In this document: positions 14,311 to 25,021 of the stretch, piece by piece | Layout of the letters: the number at the start of each line of letters is the position of its first letter | How positions within the stretch are numbered: position 1 is the stretch's first letter | Made by a program: the position numbers and the translations under genes | Notes under the pieces: generated by a model | What the model saw: the letters and a program-made list of their open reading frames with translations, nothing else | Told to the model about the DNA's origin: nothing | Database searches by the model: none | NCBI GenBank assembly: GCA_003344405.1 | Contig: NOWV01000207.1 | Location: 1 to 64,000 of the forward strand | Direction: 5' to 3' | DNA from: Trichoplax sp. H2 | Taxonomy: Eukaryota | Length of the DNA: 64,000 bases

Positions 14311-15808
14311 TGGTATATATCACATTTCCTTATATTTTACTCTTATGCTATCCATTGTGTATTTAAAGTTTTAGAATATATATTAATTTATCCTTTACGC
14401 ATTGGTTACAATTCCTTTTTCTATCATTCTTCCATTACAATTCCTGATTATTACATAACAACGCCTCATTCTAATCTTAGTATGCTTATTAGTGGAGCTA
14501 TCGCATTAATTGTTAAATTACAAATTAGGATAAAATTATTTTTTGCCACGTAAACAATGGTATTAATTCTGCAACTATATTTATTTAAGAATATCATTAT
14601 TATAACTACTTAAGTTAGTAAAGGATAAGTTAAGTATATTAGCGCGCTAAGGTACCTAAGAAGATAACTGAATATAATATATGCCAGGAGAACAAGGATC
14701 ATGTTCTAGTTGTACTTTAACTATTAGCATAGAATTCCAACTACCATTTCTCATTATGTATTATCATAGTAAGAATCTATTAAATCAAAAATCAAAGTAA
14801 ATTAGATAAAAATTAATTATCAATAATTATTTTATTGAATTTATGATAAAAGGCTTCATTTCTGATACCTATACATTATCATACTCTATTATAAGAGAGT
14901 TTTGAGTATTTCAATAATCCAATGAAAGGTTTATTTTTCAACTCTAAAAATGCCATTATTCTTATGCTTTCTACTTGCTAATATTTTCTACCTTTAGACA
15001 GACATAAATTTTAGTTAGATATTGATACAACTATTCAAAGTTTGCGAATATGAATTAAAATAACTTACTGATAATATTTGATTCGGCTTTATTAATTATG
15101 TGTAATCCGAAAGCTAATACATAATTATCTGAGAATCTAGCCAAATTATCAATACGCAACATAATGATAACTATATTAAGTCTGAACTAAGAGAACTAAA
15201 TCGCCTCCGCAATTTAGATTTCACTGCCTTTTGCGTTATTTAAAATAGTTTATTTCCTATTCAAAAATAGGCGCTGTAACAACAGTAGCTCATACATCCA
15301 AATCGCACAAGGACAAAATTATATTAGATTACAGTTCGATTACTAATTCTTCATCATTTCGTAGGGTATGCAAAATAAGGGGACAACCTATGAATATGTG
15401 TTTTGCGAGTAGAGCATAACTACATTGAATTAATGGAAGTCATAATGCGATAACGTTTGAAATAAGTGCAATAGTATTCGAGCAAACCAGACATTTCAGA
15501 ATCCTGAATAGTTTATGTTATCTAGATAGGTAGCTGATTAGTAAGAAGTACAAGTGTTCTAGTTTCTTTGAAGGAATAAATTTTTCAGTCTTGTCTTCTT
15601 CTTCATTANNNNNNNNNNNNNNNNNNNNGAACTAAGAGAACTAAATCGCCTCCGCAATTTAGGTTTCACTACCTTTTGCGTTATTTAAAATAGTTTATTT
15701 CCTATTCAAAAATAGGCGCTGTAACAACAGTAGCTCATACATCCAAATCGCACAAGGACAAAATTATATTAGATTACAGTTTAATTACTAATTCTTCATC
15801 ATTTCGTA

Positions 15809-16041
15809 CAGATGGTTATCAGTTGCTAGTCGTAATTGTAAGTTGTGCGTTCAATCGGACATTTTAATAAAATAGCTTCTAGAATAAAGTTTTGATCCTT
15901 AACGTGAGTAATCTATCGTCTAAGACTCGAATCTAAGTTTGGTTGATTAAAGAGTGCTTAGAGTTAATTGCTTAGATAGTTAAGTCTACTTTAGAGGAAA
16001 GAATCCCGTTTAATTCTTGTGTTACAATCTCGGTTGTGACA
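15809..16041 (+). mobile_element. 5'-truncated LTR-like fragment downstream of GPCR 1, absent from the allelic copy at 15184-15608
   Basis: Ends GGTTGTGACA and has two AATAAA. The copy left of the gap reads CATTTCGTA-GGGTATGCAAAATA-AGGGGACAACC with no insert, as does the paralogous flank near 23833. Confidence 0.6.
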
Positions 16042-16223
16042 AGGGAACAACCTATGAATATGTGTTTTGTGAGTAGAGCATAACTACATTGAATTAATGG
16101 AAGTCATAATGCGATAACGTTTGAAATAGCTGCAATAGTATTCGAGCAAACCAGACATTTCAGAATCCTGAATAGTTTATGTTATCTAGATAGGTAGCTG
16201 ATTAGTAAGAAAGTACAAGTGTT

Positions 16224-17213
16224 CTAGTTTCTTTGAAGGAATAATAAATTTTTCAGTCTTGTCTTCTTCTTCATTAAATAGATAATTGGATTATGTAAAG
16301 GGGAAAGAATAAGAAGAAGACTTACAAAAAAATTAACTATCGTTATACGTTCATAGTCATTATTCGTTAGATTTGCTCTATTGATTTCTACGTAAACTTC
16401 TTGGATGAATAAAATTACTAGTGGTAAAGCCGATATAAGAAATAAGATCGAAATACAGGTAACCATCTTAATAGTTCGAGCTTTATTTTTTTGTTCTGAA
16501 TTAGTATAGCTAAAGCGTTTTTTCATTATTATTCCAACTTTACGTAATTTTTTTATAACTCTGAAGTGGCAATATACGATTACAGCACAAGATACTACAA
16601 AGCCAATAAAAATGCTATAGCTAGAATACAGCAGTCCTAAATAGCTTTGACCATTTGGTTGCCAAGAATATATACAAACAACTTTAAAATGAGGGTCTGC
16701 TATGGTATCGGGTACAAGTGCTGCTGGAAAACAGACTGATAATATCCATATGCTAGCCAACTGGATAATTACCGTTCTAGTTTTATAGAAAGGCTTCGTT
16801 GGATGAACGATAATTCTATATCTATCAACCGAGATCATTACCAATGATAAAATATGTAAAGCTAAGCTTGCATTTAACGCAAAGAATAGTACTTTACAAG
16901 CAATATTTAAGATTTCGGCAGGCCAGCCTAATGGATAAGTTATATATCCGATGACACAGTAAGCAAAATACGGTATGCAAGAGAGCAAATCGCAAAGAAC
17001 TAAGTGCAGAAAGAGAATATCCGAAGAAGACTTTATCTTTTCCACTTTCACAACCAAGATAAAAATCATAAAATTGAAGATAAATCCCAACGTAAAAATA
17101 AGTAACATTATCACCCCAGTATACCAATAACGATTAAATAAAATAGTAGTCCATTCTGTTGTTGAGTTAAATATTTTTGAATAATTGTTAGTAAGTGTAT
17201 ATGATACTTCCAT
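16224..17213 (-). CDS. Intronless rhodopsin-family (class A) GPCR, 329 aa
   Basis: Seven hydrophobic segments; TM1 N (FIFNF), TM2 HLVLCDLL, TM3 CK...ISVDRY, TM4 W, ECL2 Cys, TM6 LP, TM7 NPIIY; N-terminal N-x-S/T sequons. Confidence 0.95.
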   Translation of the reverse strand: MEVSYTLTNNYSKIFNSTTEWTTILFNRYWYTGVIMLLIFTLGFIFNFMIFILVVKVEKIKSSSDILFLHLVLCDLLSCIPYFAYCVIGYITYPLGWPAEILNIACKVLFFALNASLALHILSLVMISVDRYRIIVHPTKPFYKTRTVIIQLASIWILSVCFPAALVPDTIADPHFKVVCIYSWQPNGQSYLGLLYSSYSIFIGFVVSCAVIVYCHFRVIKKLRKVGIIMKKRFSYTNSEQKNKARTIKMVTCISILFLISALPLVILFIQEVYVEINRANLTNNDYERITIVNFFVSLLLILSPLHNPIIYLMKKKTRLKNLLFLQRN

Positions 17214-18305
17214 GATCGGTTATGGTGCTTGGACAAGTTATATTGGAGCCAAAATGTTCACTATATTTAAGAAGAAAAAGTATGAGTAAAATACTGGAAA
17301 AGTTTCAAATTTTGACCGTGAAAATACTAGCGACGGATTTCATATGAAATGACGATAATTCAACTTTAAGATATCAATTATGTTAGATGCTGCTTAATTC
17401 TAAAAATACATTTTCTCAGAATCTGTTAAAGTAGATATATAACAGTATAATAGAAGCAATTTATTAGTTATAAATAGCTCTATTGATCAATCTACTATTA
17501 TTTGTAATCTGTACAGCTATGACATTCACTGATGTTAGTTCAATCAAATAAAAAAATTGATAAATTTCACTAATACCTTGTACAATCAGATTTTTTAATA
17601 GTCAATCATCTTCCGCCAAGGAATAAAGGATTATAATTGCTTTTTAGTAATTCGGAAACATTTAATTATAAATAATTCATTATTTTGCATTGTAGATACT
17701 TAATTATGAATACAATATTGATTTGCATATAAAAATATTTCTTGTATTTATTCTGTATTTAATATGGCATTGCGTGTCGTTATCGCTTACTTCAAGTAAG
17801 ATAGTTTAGATTATAAAAGAATCTGTCTACAGATAGACTTAACTATATTTTGAGTCGAGTTAATTGATTTGTAAAATGATAGTCTCGGTAAACATGCCCT
17901 AGCATGAGTGCATTGATTCACATAAAACGCTATCTATTTTGTCGTAAGTAACAGAGCTGCCAGTCTCAAGAGGTTTTCATAATTATGGTTTACCTGGAGT
18001 TTAATACTACTGCGACCTACGGCATAATTTAATTTATTGAAGTAAATTCCTATTCTATTAAGTGGTGTAAAAGAGCTAAGGAGTGAGAATGAACACAACA
18101 ATGCTAGCTTACGTTTCAAACGTCTAGCTCGTAGAATTTTGTAAGCTTGTAATTAATGCATTATGTAGAGAACTGAATTATGTAGGAGAGATGTCTATAC
18201 AATATGGTATAAAAGATTATTTGGTAGCTACATTATCAGTCTATGCAGGGCCAATTTATTAATATTATTTTCAAGGTCCATCATATCGGAAATGAAATTA
18301 GCCTT

Positions 18306-18860
18306 TGTTACTGTGTTACCTTACCGTTAGGATTGTTTAATAAGTACAGTAGTAGCTAATATGGAAAATATTCGTATTTGTGAAGCTAGGTAAGAAAAGT
18401 AATGCCTTAACGTGGATATTATTTGTGATAATTTATTATATATTTGATATTGATTGTTATTATACGTAGCTAGTAGTAAGATGATTCAAATTCTAGCTTT
18501 TGATAGTTGAATTAGACAACATACATGCTTAGATTAAGATTAAATATGAGTAAGAGATCAAAAATATTTACTGATAGAAAAGCTATGTAAGGGACATCCC
18601 AGTCAGAGATATTCTTCCTAGTAAGTAAAGTATAATAATAATATTGTTGCTTTTTACAAATTAGGCGGTTTCTATATAAACGGAAACGTTTGGGTTGAGT
18701 TGTATGGTAAAAAATTATAGAATGTCTATCCCAACAACAGTTCTATCTTCACGGTACTACTGTGTGTGTGTTTAATGTTTAGAAAAAGGGGGGTTAAAGT
18801 CAGTAGTTACTTGTAGACTTTTATTGCAAGTTTCTTTGTCGCAGAGTTGAAATCGTGACA
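18306..18860 (+). mobile_element. Solo-LTR-like element, 555 bp
   Basis: Ends TGTTAC...GTGACA; flanks GCCTT (18301-18305) and GTCTT (18861-18865); internal TATATAAA near 18673; 3' end TTGTCGCAGAGTTG...GTGACA resembles that of the other LTR-like elements. Confidence 0.55.
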
Positions 18861-20179
18861 GTCTTCAACCTTTTCATGTAACTCTTAAAGAACTTTCCTG
18901 TTTTTCAAAAACTGGTCTCATACTCCAGAAAATTTTACCGTATAAATAACAATATAACGAAAGCAGAAATTATCTTACTAAATAAAGTAAATATCAATAA
19001 TGAGTAAATAGTGCTTTAAAATAATATCAACGCTGATGAAGCCAGCAAGGATAACTCAGAGTGTATACCAATAAAAATTGAAATAATACTTAAGTATCTG
19101 AAGCTACTTCCCCTTGCTTCTTTTAGTACTATGAATAATTACCGACAAAAGTGTTTAACAAAGCTTACCTGGTACTTAAATTAATGTACTGCATTTTACA
19201 ATTACAGCTATGACAAGCAAATATGATTACTACCGTTAAACTTTGTTATAGCCTAACCCTAACCCTTACTCATAATTATTCCATGATGCAACTGTTTAAC
19301 AATCTCAATCATTGTTAAATGATTATTTGGAAAAGTTATAATGAAACAATAACTTTGGTCTCAGAAATAGAATGTCAAAAATAATAGTAGAAATTTGAAA
19401 TTTTTATGTCAAAATCATGTTAATGTTTCATAAAGCATTTCAGAAAATTCTAACTGTCAACGTATCGCACCAATAATAATATTATGATTCAGCAATATAC
19501 TACGTAATACCAGATGAAAAGAATGAAGTTCTTGAATACCTTTCTGTCACAAAAGTAATCTTCGTGGCATATACTTTATTTCTATCTTACGTTCTAATAA
19601 TCTTTATATCTCAGAAATGTTTACGGTCTCCCTAATTGTAATTTTAGTGGTTAACAGTTGATATACTTAATTTAGGATTACATGACTAAAATAGTAATAG
19701 CAAACCAGTTAAACTGGATTATATTTATCACTTCCAAGGTTGTTAAGGTTCAAAGTACAATTCCTAAGTTTAGAGGAAATGTCTTGCGGCATCTATTCTT
19801 CTTGACTAAGTAGTAATAATAAAGAAAAATTTGTACTAGATGAATTCCAAAAAGAACAGAATTACTAAATTACTGAAATATGCACCTTTTATTTGCTAGG
19901 CAGAGCAGTAGGTGTTATCAGATTACTATCTTACCATTTTAAAGTAATCTAAATTAAACTACTAATTAAACACATGACAAGAAAATTTATAGCTTAGACT
20001 TTCGAATGACTAAATGAATAATAATTAATCGTAATTTTACCGTAAAAAGTATTTTCTATAATTTACAAAATGTAAGCATAATAAAACAATTATTTCAGCC
20101 ATTAGTCTACTATTTGCTAGCTATTAATAACCATTAGTCATTGTATCTGTACTTTTTAAGTGTAAAAGTAGAACGCTTT

Positions 20180-20615
20180 TGTCACAAACCAACTTCGTGA
20201 CAAGTATAACATAAAAACAAATCTCTAAATTACTATAGTCTCCGGGATTCAGTATCCCTACTTACAAGAATTTAGACGCCTTTGATTCTACGTTAAAACA
20301 ACTATACAATTGAGAACTGCTTTATTCAACTATCTGACGGGTTTATATACCCTTCTACAGCAGCTAACATTCACAAGTCATCTTATAATAATACTTGGGT
20401 GAGAACATCTACTAACTAGTTTTTCACAGTCGGACTACAATATGTCCATTCACAGAATCATTTCAGTACATATTACAGCACAGCAATAAATTTACTGTAA
20501 CACATTTATAATTAGAGTAATTCCTATTGTAAGTAACTAGTTGTAATATAATATCACTATACTATATTAACCAAATTTAGATAGCTATTTCTTCACGGTA
20601 GTTCGTACCGTGACA
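20180..20615 (-). mobile_element. Solo LTR, 436 bp, with perfect 5-bp TSD; empty site visible in the allelic copy
   Basis: GCTTT-TGTCAC...GTGACA-GCTTT (TSD 20175-20179 and 20616-20620). The copy after the gap reads GAAC-GCTTT-ACGG (about 20956-20968). Minus strand has TATATAAA followed about 15 nt later by AATAAA. Confidence 0.85.
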
Positions 20616-22479
20616 GCTTTACGGACAATATTCTGATCTTGTAATTACATAACTCTTTTGTTTCTTTCCCATCTAATTTTTATTCCCTTCCGCCTAGGAA
20701 GAAAGCTTTATAATTGTTTATTGGGACACAAATAAAGTCTGACTATAAATTTTTTCTTTGTAGATAATTCTAAACAGCAATGATATTAATTTTGGTGANN
20801 NNNNNNNNNNNNNNNNNNATTTTACCGTAAAAAGTATTTTCTATAATTTACAAAATGTAAGCATAATAAAACAATTATTTCAGCCATTAGTCTACTATTT
20901 GCTAGCTATTAATAACCATTAGTCATTGTATCTGTACTTTTTAAGTGTAAAAGTAGAACGCTTTACGGACAATATTCTGATCTTGTAATTACATAACTCT
21001 TTTGTTTCTTTCCCATCTAATTTTTATTCCCTTCCGCCTAGGAAGAAAGCTTTATAATTGTTTATTGGGACACAAATAAAGTCTGACTATAAATTTTTTC
21101 TTTGTAGATAATTCTAAACAGCAATGATATTAATTTTGGTGATATATATTTCTTCAATTTATAACTATTATGACCTTGCAAGTCATTGCCTTGACTCTCA
21201 AATAGAGCAGTTTTAATTGCACAAAATCCTACCTAATATACTGCAATAAACAATTCATACTCTATACGTTAAATCTATCTCTATATATGTTACCATTACC
21301 CTATGAGCAAAATATTGTTCTTATTGAAGTAGTTGCACTTCCAACAAATCTTTGCCAAATGGCTTACAATTCTGATCTAAGTAAAATCAACTCACACAAT
21401 TGTAAATTGTTCAAAGGATATATTACAAAAATCAAGAATAACTTGACTTATATCCGAATGAATATTGTTAGATAAACCAAGTTTATGCAATGAAAGGAAA
21501 TTTAATAAGAAATACTAATTCTTTTGTAATACTTTGAACAAAAATTCATCACAGTCTATTTCTATAAACTTAGGTACCTGATTTTTATTACAGTTAGCAA
21601 TATTTGTTTATTATACTTTAGATCTAAGAAACCGCAAGCTGTACTCATCTCTTCATTTATTTTGGCATTGGATTTGTTTGAACTAGAAAGCTATCGTATT
21701 GTAACAAAGGGATTTTTAACTTAATATATTTTGCTATCCATAATCTGCAACTACTTTGTGACGTACAAGAAACAATTCTACATCACATGTAGTAACCCTT
21801 TAATAAATATTACTCAAGTATTACACTTTCAAAATACATTACTACTATAGTTTGATGAAGTCACCAAAAGTACTTTCCCATGAATCTTTAAGAAACTTTC
21901 ATACTTTCGAACGGTTTTCAATCTATCCTAAGACGTTGAACAGTTGCAGCTAACTACTATGAAATGGTACGATTAATTAAGCTAGTAAATTTTCTATTCT
22001 ATACGAAGCAATACATTAAAAGAAAATTTTAGCCGTCCACAGAATCCTGATGAAAATTTTTAGCGAGTTTATTATCAAAAGTATTTCTTAAGTGTTGAAA
22101 AATGGATGTATGAAATAAAGTTAGACGTGATTTTACTATATTGTTCATACATATTTCCAGTTTGACTACCGAATTAGTTCTTGTACTGAATTCATGTGGG
22201 TAAATGCCATCCTTTCTAAGAAGCTGATCAGTAAAAGCATCTGTTTGTGCTTATGGTGCATGAAGTTTACTGCCACACACCTCCACTACTATTTAAACAG
22301 TTTCTAAAGCCAATGACAAATAGTTGTACAGTATCATTGATTGCATTACCGTCTAAACGCCGATTCCAATTATTCTCATCAACTAAAAACAGAAAAACAG
22401 TTCACCTTTTCAGATCTGCAGGAAAAGATAGTGAAACTTCAGCAAAATAATCGTCAAATCACCTGGCTCAACGAAGGCT

Positions 22480-23090
22480 TTAACTACAACATCAGAAAAG
22501 ACCACGTAGGCAACTCCAAGAAGACTATTGGTAAAATTGACAAATTCTACCCTCATTGTAGAGCGAATAAGTTTCCCGAAGAAGCAGAGGGTCCTTGCTG
22601 AAAAGGATTCAAAGTTAAGTTCGAACCTCTCCTCTAACCTTCTGATATTTTGAAGACTCTCCTCAAAACGATTTGTCAGATGCAAAGCATTTCTGAGAGA
22701 GTACGTGAAAGTACAACTTGGCCTCTATCTTCACGAGCTTTGGGTCCGACAAGAATCTCAACGATCTCAGATTCTTCACCACCTTCAAAGCTCAAGAAGT
22801 GCACCCTGAATAACACAGTCAAGCAGATCATTCTCGATCTTCAGGAGACGCTGTACTCCAGCAATACATAGGTGAAAAGCTTCAATTCTGTGCTGGAGAA
22901 TATGGATTCGCCCAAACATTTAATTGTATTTGCAGCTGATAAAAAACATATAACGAAAATCGCCGACTCTTTAATGCTCCAAAGACAAACGGGTCTGCTT
23001 TAATCAGAGTTGGATATGCGAACGGCACGCGCGACATCCTCTTGAAGCAGCGAGACGGCCGACTCAACAGGATTAAGGAGACCTGAACGA
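22480..23090 (+). mobile_element. Degenerate fragment of a Helitron Rep/helicase N-terminal coding region
   Basis: Across frameshifts and stops it reads FNYNIRKD...IGKIDKFYPHCRANKFPEEAEGPCC*KGFKVKFEPLL*PSDILKTLL ... FTSFG ... TTFKAQ ... IILDLQETLYSSNT*VKSF ... LIVFAADK ... RRLFNAP ... RDILLKQRDGRLNRIKET, matching the recalled order of Helitron motifs (CxHC..KF..E...CC..GKV, TSFG, TFK.QG, RRFNAP, RDI.L...G.L.RI.ETH). GC content is higher than the flanks. Confidence 0.8.
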
Positions 23091-24037
23091 GGCCCGATGC
23101 GAAATTGGGCATTTTGCTAAATGACCTTACGGCATGACAGTTTTTTTATGTATTATATAATTCAATAAAACGACAGCTGATCATAAGTAAAACTGTTCTT
23201 GTTATTCGGTGGATTACATAGCCAATAAAATGGTACGTATGATATAATTGAATCACCAAGTGTGCATTTTATGGTATGTCTAGGTGTATACCAGAAAAAT
23301 CATATTCCAGCATTTGAAATTACTCAAATTTATTGCAATTTAATATTCAACATAATAAATTACATATGGAAATTTCTATTTTCAGTTAGTGAACATGAAA
23401 CGTTTTTTGCAAAAAATAAGGTTCACTACGAAGCTACTTTAAAATTTTAGCGATAATGCTAGGCTACGCATGTTGCATAATGTTAAGATTGACCTTAACA
23501 TATAAATGCCATATAGATATTTTCATGTCTAGTAATATATTCAAACCTTTGATGTAGAAACACACGGCTGCAATAGTTTTTAACTGCTTAGTTATAAATA
23601 ATCCGACAACTAATTCATTATTAATTTAAGTACACAACACAATTGTAAATGTTCTCAGTAAGACCTAAAGAGAACTAATATCATCTATGTAATTTACGTT
23701 TTTCAACCTTATGTATTATTTAAAATTAGTTTATTTCGTGTCTAAAATATACGCTATAATGACATTAGCTCATTTGCTTAATTCGTACGTAGAAAAAATT
23801 ATTTATTTTACAGTTTAATTACTAATCTGTCACCATTTCGTATGGTTTCCAAATATGTCAACAATCTTTGAATACGTGCTTAGTGAGTAGAGCATAATCC
23901 TATAGAATTAATAGAAGTCATAATAGGATGACGTTTGCAGTAACTGTATCAGTATTTGAATTAATCAGATATATCAGAATCCGGTATACTTTACGTTATT
24001 TAGATAGGTAGCTTAACAGTAAGTAAATACAAGCGTC

Positions 24038-25021
24038 TTATTTTCTTCGAAGGAATAGATATTTCGGACTTTTCTTCTTCATTAGATAGATAACTGGATT
24101 ATGTAAAGGAGCAAGAAGAAGAAGAACGGTTACAAAAAAATTGAAAACCGCTATACGTTCGTAATCGTGATTCGTTAGGTTTGCTCTATTAATCTCTATG
24201 TAAACTTGTTGAGTGAATAACATAATTAATGATAACGCCAAAATAAGAAATAAGATCGAAATACAAGTAACCATCTTAATAGCTCGTGCTTTATCTTTCT
24301 GTTCTGAATAAGTATGTCCGAAGCGTTTTTTTATTATCACTCCAACTTTATGTAATTTTTTTATAACTCTGAAGTGGCAATATACGATTACAGAACCAGA
24401 TACTACAAAACCAATAAAAATATAATAGCTGGAAAACAGTAGTCCTAAATAACTTCGACCATTTGGTAGCTCAGAATATATACAAACAACTTTAAAATGA
24501 GGGTCTGCTATCGTATCCTGTATAAACACTGCTGGAAAACTGACCGATAATATCCATATGCTAACCAATTGGATGACTATCGTTCTAGTTTTGTACGAAG
24601 GCTTGGTTATATGAATAATTATTCTATATCTATCAATTGAGATCAACACCAACGATAAAATATGTAAAGTAAAGCTTACGGTTATTGCAAAATATAGTAC
24701 TTTACAAGCAGGATTTAAAATTGCTGCGGGCCAGCCTAAAGGATAAGTTGCATATACGATGATGCAGTAAGAGTAATACGGTATGCAACAGAGCAAATCG
24801 CACAGTACTAAGTGCGAGAAGAGAATATCCGAAGAAGACTTTATCTTTTCCATTTTTACGATCAAAATAAAAATTATTAAATTGAAGATGAATCCTAACG
24901 TGAAAATAATTAACATTATTAAGCCAGTATACCAATAACGATTGAATAAAAAGGTATTCCATTCAGTATTTGAGTTAAATGATTTCGAATGATTGTTACT
25001 AAGGGTATATGAATTTTCCAT
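24038..25021 (-). CDS. Intronless rhodopsin-family GPCR, 327 aa; recent paralog of 16224-17213
   Basis: ISIDRY, HLVLCDLL and NPVIY motifs; nearly colinear with GPCR 1, and the flanks also align (about 23660-25500 vs 15185-17700). Confidence 0.95.
   Translation of the reverse strand: MENSYTLSNNHSKSFNSNTEWNTFLFNRYWYTGLIMLIIFTLGFIFNLIIFILIVKMEKIKSSSDILFSHLVLCDLLCCIPYYSYCIIVYATYPLGWPAAILNPACKVLYFAITVSFTLHILSLVLISIDRYRIIIHITKPSYKTRTIVIQLVSIWILSVSFPAVFIQDTIADPHFKVVCIYSELPNGRSYLGLLFSSYYIFIGFVVSGSVIVYCHFRVIKKLHKVGVIIKKRFGHTYSEQKDKARAIKMVTCISILFLILALSLIMLFTQQVYIEINRANLTNHDYERIAVFNFFVTVLLLLAPLHNPVIYLMKKKSPKYLFLRRK

Noticed and set aside
15564..15608. Additional GPCR gene 3' end before the gap
   Set aside because: Almost identical to the end of GPCR 1 with the same flank; treated as its allele.
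16894..24962. Alternate-frame ORFs 16894-17127 and 24702-24962 inside the GPCR genes
   Set aside because: Shared only because the host genes are recent duplicates; no independent coding signal.
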